DNA of 64,000 nt from Pelagomonas calceolata. Its lineage: Eukaryota. A program made the translations under genes and the position numbers. The notes under the pieces are model-generated. The model saw only the letters and a list, made by a program, of their open reading frames with translations. It ran no database searches and was not told the origin of the DNA. The DNA is taken from positions 186,001 to 250,000 of the forward strand of contig CAKKNE010000004.1 in assembly GCA_918797485.1 (NCBI GenBank). The letters run 5' to 3'. This document shows positions 9,250 to 19,066 of the stretch, one piece after another (positions within the stretch are counted from its first letter, which is position 1; each line of letters opens with the position of its first letter).

Positions 9250-11487
9250 TCAAGGGAACCACACAGCGCTTTGCGCGTCGCCGTAGAGCCGTCTGAGCAC
9301 GTCCGCGTACTTCTTGACGACTGCCGCCCTTTTGAGTTTGAGCGTCGGCGTGAGCTCTCCCGTCGCCTGGGAGAAGTCGAGCGGCAGGATGGCGAACTTC
9401 TGGACGCGCTGCGCCGAGGACGTGGCTTTCTCTTTGTTGTAGTCGTCGATGGCCGCTTGTAGAGTTCGCCGCCAAACCACATCGTCCGCCGCTGCGACGG
9501 CAGTCGTAACCTCCGGGTTGACCGCCGCGGCCGCGCCCACCAGCACGTCGTCGAACGTATCTTCGTTGGGTCGCTGCTTCAGCGTGAAGAGGACCGAGAG
9601 GAACTTGAGCCGATCTCCGATAACTACAGCTGTGGACACGCCCGGCAGGCGTCGCTTGAGGTCGTCTTCGATTGGTGCAGGGGCGACATTCTCCCCACCG
9701 GCCGTCACCAGCAGCTCCTTGATGCGGCCTGTGATCTTGAGCATCGGCGCCGCGCCGTCCTGCAGCACCTCGAAGCGCCCGACGTCGCCACTATGCTGCC
9801 AACCGTCCGCGTCGATAGCTTCGAGGCTCTTCTCGGCATCGCGGAGATAGCCTAGCATAACCGAGCGCCCTCGGAAGCAGACCTCGCCCTCGCCGTCCCG
9901 GTCGCGCCCTTGAACATGCTCCAGGCGGATCTCGACGCCCGGTGAGGCGACGCCGCACCACCCGGGCTTGTAGTACGAGTCCATCGTGACTGTCGCCGGT
10001 CCAGACACTTCACTCATGCCGAAGCACTCGTTCACGATCAGGCCGAGACTCCCAAAGTACTCGAGCGTCGACGTCGCGATAGGTGCGGCGCCGGTAAAGA
10101 CAAAATGCGCCTTGTCCAGCCCGATCGCCGCGTGGACCTTCTTCAGGATGAGGTCCGCGAAAACCTCCTCGACGGAGCTTAAAGCACCACCAACTAGACC
10201 GAGGTCTTCAGGTTCGGCGCCCGCAACACCGGCCAAATAGCGCCGCAGCGCCACTCGTTTGGCCCACGTGGAAATCTTTTTCTTCGCGCCCGTGGTCTTC
10301 GCGCCCACGGCTTGTAGAGCTTCGGCGAACTTCTCCCACACGCGCGGTACTCCGAAGAAGACAGTCGGCCGCACGGCATTCAACGTGTCCTTGAGGGATC
10401 CTTTCAGCGCATCGGGCCGCGCGAAATATAACGTAGAGGACTGGACGCCGTCCCTCCCGGTGCACACCAGTCCCGCATAGATGTCGATCGCCTGGGCGGC
10501 AATGTGCGAGAGCGGAAGGTAGGACACGAGGCGCTCGCGGCCGCCCGGGGCCTTGCCGAAGCCCACAAACGCGGCGAAGGACGCCACGACCCAGGTGACG
10601 TTGTCGTGGCTGATCATGACGGCTTTCGGCGTGCCAGTAGTACCGGAGGTATAAATCAGCGTGCACGCGTGGCCTGGCTCCGCCTCGTCGACGCGCTCGA
10701 GCAGCGGCGCCGGATCCTCGGGTGCATTGTTCAGGAAACCGCGCCACGTCAACGCGTCGGATCTTCTCGCGGCCTTGTCCGCGTCGGCGCCGCCCCACAC
10801 AATGATCTTCTTGAGCTTCGGCAGCGTCTCGGCGGCCTTGCGGATCTTCTCGAGCTGCGCGGCGCCGTCGCAGAAGCAGAGCTGCGCCGACGAGTGGTCG
10901 AGGACGTAGCGCGCGGCGTCAGCGCCGTTCGTCGCGTAGATGCCCGCCGCGAGCCCGCCGGCCAGGACGCATCCTAAATCGGCCACGACCCATTCGAGCG
11001 AGTTGAAGCCAATAATACCGACGCCCTTCCGCGGCTCCAGTCCTATCGCGATCATCGCGCGGGCCGCCTGCCTCACGAGCGAGACGTAGTCCGCCCACGT
11101 CAGGTCCCGCCACGCGCCGTTTTCCTCCCAGGCGACGGCTTTCGTGGTGTTCGTCTCCAGGCGTTTTAGGAGCTCGGGCACGGTCTCGGGGTCTCGGGCG
11201 CCGGGGCCTGACGACGACATGCCGCGCACGAGCGCCGAGTCCGCGCCGGTCACGAACGACTTCACCGGAGGCTCGTGGCAGTAGTACGACGTCGGCTGGG
11301 GCGCCGGCGGCTTGCCTTTGCGTCTTCTGCGCAACAGCAGCACGCCGCCCGCGACGGACACGCAGACGGCCACTTTTGTAGTGGTGCTCGCGCGCCGCAG
11401 CCGGTTGACGAGCCCGCTCGCGCCGATGTCCAGCTCTGTGAGCCTCTTGGGGAGGCGGTTCATGAAGTATGAGTCGGCGGCGGCCAT
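9250..11487 (-). CDS. Long-chain fatty acyl-CoA synthetase (bubblegum/ACSBG-like)
   Basis: YTSGTTGTPK, SYLPLSHIAAQ, GVPRVWEK, GRIKELLVTAGGENVAP, GELTPTLKLKR. Confidence 0.95.
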   Translation of the reverse strand: MAAADSYFMNRLPKRLTELDIGASGLVNRLRRASTTTKVAVCVSVAGGVLLLRRRRKGKPPAPQPTSYYCHEPPVKSFVTGADSALVRGMSSSGPGARDPETVPELLKRLETNTTKAVAWEENGAWRDLTWADYVSLVRQAARAMIAIGLEPRKGVGIIGFNSLEWVVADLGCVLAGGLAAGIYATNGADAARYVLDHSSAQLCFCDGAAQLEKIRKAAETLPKLKKIIVWGGADADKAARRSDALTWRGFLNNAPEDPAPLLERVDEAEPGHACTLIYTSGTTGTPKAVMISHDNVTWVVASFAAFVGFGKAPGGRERLVSYLPLSHIAAQAIDIYAGLVCTGRDGVQSSTLYFARPDALKGSLKDTLNAVRPTVFFGVPRVWEKFAEALQAVGAKTTGAKKKISTWAKRVALRRYLAGVAGAEPEDLGLVGGALSSVEEVFADLILKKVHAAIGLDKAHFVFTGAAPIATSTLEYFGSLGLIVNECFGMSEVSGPATVTMDSYYKPGWCGVASPGVEIRLEHVQGRDRDGEGEVCFRGRSVMLGYLRDAEKSLEAIDADGWQHSGDVGRFEVLQDGAAPMLKITGRIKELLVTAGGENVAPAPIEDDLKRRLPGVSTAVVIGDRLKFLSVLFTLKQRPNEDTFDDVLVGAAAAVNPEVTTAVAAADDVVWRRTLQAAIDDYNKEKATSSAQRVQKFAILPLDFSQATGELTPTLKLKRAAVVKKYADVLRRLYGDAQSAVWFP

Positions 11488-11858
11488 GGTTTGGCTGCGA
11501 AGCTTGAGGTGGATTACTGCGGTCTCTCGGCGTTGGGAACGAAAGCGCTCTGCTGTGGGTCTTGTGTGGATTAGTTGCCGAGTATTTGTGCGCTTTTTAA
11601 CAGCGCAGCTTGTTCCACGGCCTCGCTATGGCGTCTCAAAGCCACGGCAGACAAAGCTTAAAGCAAAAAAAATGAATTAATTCAATTCATTTTTGTATAA
11701 AAAACTTGAGACCTCATTCGTACGGGTCGCACGTTGCCTGTAAAACTGCAGAACCGTAGCACATTGTGATAAGGTAGACTAGAGAGCACCGGACTAGAGA
11801 GCAGCAACGAAAAAACGACTCCTCGTTGCTGCCCAAGAAGCTGCCCCCGCGGTCGGAG

Positions 11859-12926
11859 ATGGACGATCCCGGGCCGGCCAGCGCGCGCTACATCGAGCGC
11901 GCCCTCAAGGCGATCCAGGATGACAAGGACGCGGCGCGCGATGTGGAGACGTACAGCAAAAAGTTGAGCGAGGCTCGCAAGGCGCAGCACGCCGCCGGGT
12001 ACGACCTCATCATCGCCTGCGGGTTTACCGACGTTGCGCGAATGTGGGCGTTCCTGGCTGCGCCCGACGAGCGCCGGGTCACGCACGGGTCCATCAAAAA
12101 ATTTGTCGCGCACGTCGAGACCTCGCTCGATGGAAACAACGGGGTCTTGACAACGTTCGAGCGCAACGTGAAGTACTTCTGGAAGCTGCTCGAGAAGCAC
12201 GGGCAGAAGATATACGCTGGCGCGGGCTTCCAACCCGAGGATTTTGTCAAAGACTGCTGGTCGAAACTCCGGGGCAATTCGCACGTCGCGGAGCGCCGCG
12301 TGCTCGAGTTCGTGCTCTCCGCGGACTTCGAGGCGGCGTTCCTCAAGGAGCTCGAGGCCCAAAACAAGGCCGTTTATAAACTTTACGACGAGGCGATTGG
12401 AAAGGCGCCCTACGTGCCCAAGGCCAAGGCCGCCACCCGCCGCCCGAAGAAGGCCGCACCGGCGCCGGCCGAGACCACGGAAGCAGCTGAGACCACGCCC
12501 CCCAAGGCCAAGGCCCCCGCCCGCCGGGCGCGGCGGCGAGGCCGGCGGCGCGAGGACGACGACGACGACAACTTCGCGCCGCCGCCGAAAGCGAAGGCTG
12601 AAGACGACGACGAGATCGAGACGGCCGTCGGCGAGGCAGCACCGACGAGACTTAATCTCATGGTGGCCAACGAGGTGCTGCGACGCGACCTCGCCGCGCG
12701 CGACGAGGAGCTCGCGGCGGCCAGAGCCGAGATCGCCGCGTACAAAGAACAGATCAAAAAGAAGGAGGCTGACAAGAAGTTTGTTGAGGAGATGACTATA
12801 ATACCTTTGAAAAATAGGCTCGCTACTGTAAGAGACAAGCTCGCCAGGGAGATGGCCAAGAACAAACATCTGTCCGCGGCTGTCTGTCCCCGGACCTCGC
12901 CGCTCTGCGACGCCACCAACGCCTGA
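11859..12926 (+). CDS. Hypothetical protein with C-terminal coiled coil
   Basis: 355-aa ORF from ATG 11859; shares segments with the 7122-7820 protein. Confidence 0.75.
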   Translation: MDDPGPASARYIERALKAIQDDKDAARDVETYSKKLSEARKAQHAAGYDLIIACGFTDVARMWAFLAAPDERRVTHGSIKKFVAHVETSLDGNNGVLTTFERNVKYFWKLLEKHGQKIYAGAGFQPEDFVKDCWSKLRGNSHVAERRVLEFVLSADFEAAFLKELEAQNKAVYKLYDEAIGKAPYVPKAKAATRRPKKAAPAPAETTEAAETTPPKAKAPARRARRRGRRREDDDDDNFAPPPKAKAEDDDEIETAVGEAAPTRLNLMVANEVLRRDLAARDEELAAARAEIAAYKEQIKKKEADKKFVEEMTIIPLKNRLATVRDKLAREMAKNKHLSAAVCPRTSPLCDATNA

Positions 12927-13063
12927 CTCACCTCCTGCGCTGCCTGATATTGTTGTAGTCCGCCCGGACAAGCCGGGCCTGATATCCTGCCTCTGGCGCG
13001 ATAGCCGATTCGTAATAAGAGGCACTACCACTAATACACATTATATAATAAAAGCCACTACCA

Positions 13064-13561
13064 CTAGTACACATTATACCCCGTGAACGTCAGTCCCGGC
13101 CTATGCCGGATCGTGACGGCGTCCCATGGCTCGTGGCCGAGGCGCTCGATCTCCTGGCGATCGCCGTTGAAGTCGGGTGCCTGGGTTCGCGCGTCGTCGA
13201 GATTCGCGTCGGAAAACGGCACGACGTCCGCTATTTCGGGGATTCGCGCTTGCAGGTAGTTCGCCGCGAGATCGTAGACTACGCGCCGCGAGTGCCAAAA
13301 CATCCCGACCAGTCGCAGCGTCACGTCGCAGCCGTCGATGCCCGCGCAGCGCACGTCACCGCTCATCTTCAAAGATTCGTCCTGGTAGAACACGGCGTCG
13401 TACTCCCGTTTGCACTCGTCGAGCGCGATCGCCACGTGCTCCTCGCAGAGAAACAGCGGCTCGCCCGGCGCCGCAGCAACGACGACGCTCCGTCGAGGCG
13501 GCACCGTGGGCAACTGCAGCGCGCGCGCTGCGGTGAGGAGCAGCACGGCAAAGCGCACCAT
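13064..13561 (-). CDS. NifU C-terminal-like domain protein, probably plastid-targeted
   Basis: Signal peptide MVRFAVLLLTAARAL; GDV...GIDG.DV.LRL.G.FWH.......NYL..RIPEI; no CxxC. Confidence 0.65.
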   Translation of the reverse strand: MVRFAVLLLTAARALQLPTVPPRRSVVVAAAPGEPLFLCEEHVAIALDECKREYDAVFYQDESLKMSGDVRCAGIDGCDVTLRLVGMFWHSRRVVYDLAANYLQARIPEIADVVPFSDANLDDARTQAPDFNGDRQEIERLGHEPWDAVTIRHRPGLTFTGYNVY

Positions 13562-13698
13562 TCCTGCCTGTAAACCAGCTTTTTGGCCGCAAAGCTTGGG
13601 CGCACAGCCGGCGCGTGATTCAGAGCGATGTACTGCGCAATGGCTTCGCAGCGAGAGCGCGCACTGGTCGCACTTTGCGCACTTGGGCCAGCCAGCTG

Positions 13699-14200
13699 AG
13701 CTAGCGTTCAAAAGCACTAGTTCAAACCTTGCTCTCCCAAAAAAAATGTTAGGGGCTCTATCAGCCAGGCAGGCTCGGCGGAACCGGCTGACGTATACCT
13801 GAGACGAGTTGCTGGGCCGAGCTAGAGCTGGCACCGTTGTTTGAGAGCCTCGATCGACGACAATAGACCGAGCAACACAACAGCAACCAGGTGACAACAA
13901 CGCGCGAGAGTCCGCCGCCCCACCCCCGCGCACACATCCGCGGCTGCCCCGGGACGCGCGGCGCGTCGAGAGGCGCAGCGCGCGCGCCCCAAATGGGCAG
14001 CCAACACACGCCGATCCCCCCGCGTACGCGCCCGCGCGGGCTGCCTCGGGCCACGCAGAGCGTCGAGCAAATCCCGAGAGGCGCGCTGCGCGCAACTTCG
14101 GGCAGCCACGCGCATAGTTCCCATCCCCGCGCTGTCCCGACCGACGCCGTACAACCCCCACGTTAACGCAGGCCCACACACGATGAGGACTCCCGATATC
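13699..14200. repeat. Copy B of the ~500-bp inverted duplication
   Basis: Reverse complement of 7803-8308. Confidence 0.93.
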
Positions 14201-17200
14201 GACTACGACAAGGCCTTGGGGGTCGTCGCGCCCCGTTTCAAGCTCCTCGAGAAGACCGAAGATGATGTCGTCTGGGCCGCGCTGCCCAAGCTAGACCAGG
14301 AGGTGCTGACGCAGCTGAAGGACCACGACGAGTTCGAACCGGGCCTCGTCAAGATGACCAAGGCGCTCGGGGACATGCAGAAGGAAGCGGGCAAGTTTCT
14401 CGCGGGCTGGCACGAGGCACAAGAGCGAGTCAAAACCGCGAAAGAATTGCTGGACGGGTACAACCTCGCGCAGACCGTCGACACGTACGGCGAGCAGCTC
14501 GCCACGCACGGCGATTTGCACGCCGCGCACGTCGCACAGTTCGCCGAGCATGAGACCTTCATCTCGGGGCAGAAGACCTTCAACGCGGAGCAGAACACCA
14601 CGAACGCGTTCGTGAAGAAGGAGCTGGACGCGAGGAAGCAAGATAAAAACGACCTCAAGATTAGGATGAGGAACGTCGAGGGCGATGTGCGCGAGCAAAA
14701 GGGCAAGGAAGCAATCGTCGAGCGAGTCCTCACGTTTAACAAAGAAACAAAGGAAGAGGAGCTGCAACGCAGCCTTTCGCCGTGCGGAAATCAAATTCAC
14801 GGCGCCTATCACTTCACGGCGCCGGCGTGCTGAATTATCGGGTCGACTCGCCGCCATCGACCGGTGGTTGTTCGCGCAGGCCTCGCAGAAAACAAGGAGT
14901 TGCGCAAGAAGGCGGAGCGCCTCGCCGCCGTGGAGGCGGAAAAAGAGATGCTCGAGAAGCTACTCGACGACCTGGCGCTGGTGCGGGACACAAACAAGAA
15001 GGACCTCGCGGACGCGGACAAGGCGATCGCCGCGCAAGGCACGACGATTGCCACGCTCGAGTCCAAGCTCACGCAGAAGGAAGACGCCATCGCGCTGGTC
15101 GCCGCGAAGGACAAGGAGATCGAGAAGATGAAAGAGGCGCGCGCGAAGGAGAAGATCGACGAGGCGAACGAGAAGATGAATTTGCGGCGTCAGTCGGCCG
15201 AGCGCGCCAAGACCAAGGCGACGGCGCTCGAGGACAAGTTAGATACCGTGAAGGCGGAGAACGACGCGTTGCGCCGGGACCTGGCCGCGAAGGACAAGTC
15301 GCTGGCGGAGCTCGCCGAGGCCCAAGTCAAGGCCACGGCGCTCGCGGAAAAGTTAGATGCGGCCGCGGTCGCGGAAGCGGCGCTGCGCCGGGACTACGAC
15401 ACGCTCACGGCCGAGGCGCGCCAGTCGGTGGCGCGGCTCGAGACGACGCGCGCCGAACTGAAGGCGCGTGAGGAGAAATCAGATGAGGCGCGCTGCGCTT
15501 CCGAAGCGGCGGGCGCGAAGGCGGCGACGGAGCGGGAGAAGCTACGCGTGAAGCTGGAAGCATCACGCGCGAAGTGCGCCACGCTCGAGTCGGAACTCAA
15601 GGCCGCCGCCGCGCGCGCGGCGCAACCGGAGCAACCGGAGCAGGTCGACGAGCCGACGCCGTCCGTGCGGAAGCCGAGAATGGGCGTGCTGTCTGCGCGA
15701 CGGAATTCTCGCAAATTATCTTTGAAGGCGCCGCTCCCGGGGCCGCTCCGCGACGCGAACACGGAGAACCAGGGCCCAGCGGCGGCTGCAGAGCCGGAGC
15801 GGTCGGCGGCCGTCAAGGAACTGCGGGGCGAGCAGGACGCGGCCGCAGGCGCTGCGTTTGCGGCGGTGCTAGCCGAGAACGATTCCAATGCCGCGGCGCT
15901 CTCGATCAAAGTCGCGGACCTCCGACGGGCCAATCTGAAGATCGAGGAGCAGGGGCGGGCACTCGAGGCGAAAGAGAAGGAACTCGAGGCGCACGGTGAG
16001 CGCGCGAAGGAGCAGGAGGACCGGCTCCAGATGTACTCGCGCCAGGGGGACGCCAATAAAAAGTGCGAGGACCAGGCGCGGCAAATCGTGAAGATGGACG
16101 AGGCGCTGGCCGAAGCCGCGGTCAAGATCCAGAATCTCTATAGAAAGTACCTCGATGCCAGTGGCGCCCTCGAGGTTGTGATCCGCATCAAGAAAACGAC
16201 GGGCGATGCTGATGATCCGGCCGTGTCCGCCCTCAAGCCCATGTCCGACGGCCAGCAGGTGGTTCTCGCTACGGCCGACGGGTCGAAGCTCTTCGAGTTC
16301 GACCGGGTCTTGGGGCCCGACGCCGATCAGAAAATAGCCTACGATCAGGTCGCTCCGTTTGTGGCATCTGCGCTCGACTTGCACAATGATGCCCTCGTGA
16401 TGGCATACGGTGGAACCGGCGCCGGCAAGACGTTCACCATGCAGGGCGACGCGTCGGGCGCGGGTCGGGGCATAGTGCCGCGGGCCGTGGAGCAGATTGG
16501 GGCCTACTGCGTGCAGCGCGCGACCGCCGGCTGGGACTACGAGATGATAGTCCAGTACGTGGAGATCTACTATAATGACGTGCTTTGGGACTTGTTGGTG
16601 CCAAGGAGGAACGCAGACTACGGGCGCTCCAAGGCGCTGTCTAGTTTAGGGATCCGCCGCCACTCGGAGACGAAGCGCCTCTACGTCGAGGGCGCGACGC
16701 AGATCTCGGTGGACCCCACCGACGCGGACGCCGTCCAGAACCTCCTGGCGGCCGCGGCGCCGCGGCGCTCGGTCGCGTCGACAAACACGAACGACGTCTC
16801 GTCGCGGTCGCACGCCGTCCTCGTGCTGCTTCTGAAGGGCACGAACGAGGTCCTCGGCGAGGTCGTCCACAGCACGTTGACCCTCGTCGACCTCGCGGGC
16901 AGCGAGCGCGTCGAGAAGTCGGGCGTGGTCGGCGAGCAGCTGAAGGAGGCGGGGGGCATCAGTCGGTCGCTGTCGGCGCTCACGAACGTCTTCGACGCAC
17001 TCGTCGACAAGCGGTCCCACGTGCCGTTCCGCAACTCGAAGCTCACCTACCTGCTCACGGACGCGCTCTCGCACGGCAAGGCGCTCGTGCTCACGAACGT
17101 GTCGCCGGAGCCGGAGTTCGCGGCCGAGACGGAGAAGTCGCTCCTCTTCGCGCAGCGCGTGAAGAAGGTCGAGCTGGGCAAGGCGCGCCGCGATGTCAAG

Positions 17201-17266
17201 TACAAGGGCTCGGGAACGGCCGTCGGCGCGAAGCGGACGGCGTCGCGCGGCGGCCGCCGCGCGTGA
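14183..17266 (+). CDS. Kinesin-14-like protein (long coiled coil, C-terminal motor); exons 14183-14771 and 14880-17266, ~991 aa
   Basis: AYGGTGAGKTFTM, N..SSRSH, LVDLAGSER, HVPFRNSKLT; two same-frame ORFs joined by removing a 108-bp GC-AG intron. Confidence 0.9.
14772..14879 (+). mobile_element. Degenerate introner intron (GC-AG, 108 bp)
   Basis: CCGTGCGGAAATCAAA 8 nt after the donor, GCCATCGA core, TGGTTG..CGCGCAG end; contains the in-frame TGA. Confidence 0.75.
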
Positions 17267-17369
17267 GCCTCTACTCTTCCCGCGCGGCGGCGGTCAGCGC
17301 GGCCATTCCCCAGCCCCTCAAGTCCCAGTCGTAACCTTGCGTTTGAGACAAATAGAAAGACCACTACTA

Positions 17370-18713
17370 TTACGGCGTCGGCCAAACATCCTTCGGGAAG
17401 AAATCGAATTCCCGATTCAAGCACCGCGGGCACCAGTCCTGCACCGGCGCGCCCCGTATTTTCGACGCCCGGATCGCTACCCGTAGCCGTTTGATCTCGG
17501 CCGTGCACGCCAGGATCTCCTTCGTCGGCAGGGGCTCCCGCGTCTTGAGCTCCGCCTTCTTCGCCTCGGTCTCCTTCAGCAGCTTCTCGTCCGCTTCCTT
17601 TTGCAATTTGACCTTGGGCAATTCCTTCGCGCGCACCTGACGATTCGCAATGTCCCCGTTCTGCACGTAGAAGACGTGCTCGCACTTTGGACACAAAGCC
17701 CAGCAGAGCATATGCTGCTGGATCGCGTCGTTCGCTTCCGACGCGGGCAACACGGTCCACTCCGCCTCGATGGCCGGGAGCATCAAATCGCCGACCTCGG
17801 GAGAGCTCTCGGGCGCAAATAATACGACCTTCATTCGCTTCTGCATGCGGCCCACACTCGAAATGATGGCAAACACGCCCTCGTAGTCGTTCGCCTTGAT
17901 GACGGTGCCCGCCCGCAGGAGCCCGCCCGGTAGTCGTTGCCACGGCGCGACGCGCGCGGCCGAGCAGGAACTACACCGTATTTCCTCGGCATCGTTCGCG
18001 GTTTGGCAGACGCCGCACTTGAATTGGGGCGGCAATGGGCGGTCGCCGCTCATCATCGAGCTCAGCCTTCCCACGAGCCGTACACCGCAGTACACCCTTT
18101 CCGGGTCGGCGCCGTTTGTTTCGTCTTCAGCTTCGCGCGCCAGCCGCCGCTCCTCGGCCGCCTTCGCCTCCGCCTCGGCTTTTATTCTTGCTCTCTCGGC
18201 CTTCTCCTCGGCGAGTTTTCGAGCTTTCTCGGCCAGCGCCGCCCGAAAGGCCTTGCCGTCCTCGGACAACTCCGCCGCCGGCGCGGGCGCCGCCGCGGGC
18301 GCGTCCGCCGGCGGCGGCGGCGCGTCTTCGGGGTACTGCGCCGCGCGGTCGTCCGCGAGCTCGTGCCACGACTCGCTCCAGTCCCCGGATTCCGCGAACT
18401 GGACTTTCCTCGGCGGCGCCGGCTTCCCCGTCCGCTTCTCGTACGCCCGCCGCCGCGCTTCCTCGAGCTGGGCCTCGAGCCGCGCGACTTCGGCCTCCGC
18501 GTCCTCGCCCTTGCTCTCCTCGTAGGAGTCCAGCGTGATCACGCGTCGCGCTTGCGGCGACGCGGTCCGCACGCGGGGCGACTTCGTCGCGGACCGCGGC
18601 GCCGAGGGCGACATGCCGTTCGCCGCCGCGCGCGCCCGCCGCACGCGCTGGGCCTGGGCGGCGGCGTGCTCCCGGGCGCCGCGTGGGCGCCGCCGCTGCG
18701 CTTGGGCCGACAT
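17370..18713 (-). CDS. Hypothetical protein with Cys-pair zinc-finger motifs
   Basis: FKCGVCQTAN......CSSC (RanBP2-like), CPKC...CPRC. Confidence 0.7.
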   Translation of the reverse strand: MSAQAQRRRPRGAREHAAAQAQRVRRARAAANGMSPSAPRSATKSPRVRTASPQARRVITLDSYEESKGEDAEAEVARLEAQLEEARRRAYEKRTGKPAPPRKVQFAESGDWSESWHELADDRAAQYPEDAPPPPADAPAAAPAPAAELSEDGKAFRAALAEKARKLAEEKAERARIKAEAEAKAAEERRLAREAEDETNGADPERVYCGVRLVGRLSSMMSGDRPLPPQFKCGVCQTANDAEEIRCSSCSAARVAPWQRLPGGLLRAGTVIKANDYEGVFAIISSVGRMQKRMKVVLFAPESSPEVGDLMLPAIEAEWTVLPASEANDAIQQHMLCWALCPKCEHVFYVQNGDIANRQVRAKELPKVKLQKEADEKLLKETEAKKAELKTREPLPTKEILACTAEIKRLRVAIRASKIRGAPVQDWCPRCLNREFDFFPKDVWPTP

Positions 18714-18906
18714 TGGTCTGGACGGCGCGCCGACGGCGTGGAGCCAAGCGGTGGCAAAGGCTGCCCCAAGAAGAGATAGTCAAAAGCCGATGGCTGCCGC
18801 AGAGACGGTCGTCTGCGGACGGAGCTCGAGCGCGAACACCGACGCGTCGTGTCTGTCCGTATCTACGTCGCGAGCAGCTTACCGGTCGGCAGCGCTGAAA
18901 ATGTGC

Positions 18907-18959
18907 TTGCTAGTGTCTTACCGGCCGCTAGTTAGCTAGCGCCAGTAAGACACTAGCAA
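18907..18959. promoter_or_regulatory. Inverted pair of the CTAGTGTCTTAC upstream motif in a divergent promoter
   Basis: TTGCTAGTGTCTTAC (18907-18921) and GTAAGACACTAGCAA (18945-18959), a perfect 15-bp inverted repeat. Confidence 0.65.
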
Positions 18960-19066
18960 AAAGCCCGCATTGCAAGTCCAGGCACTCAAAAAAAGCGTGT
19001 GTCGCACGCCACAGCGGTGATCCGTATTGCTCCGACAAAGTGAGCACAGCAAGAGCCGCCTGCAGC

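Noticed and set aside
7803..14200. Inverted repeats as the TIRs of a large autonomous transposon
   Set aside because: No transposase inside, no TSD seen, and the outer ends run into start codons
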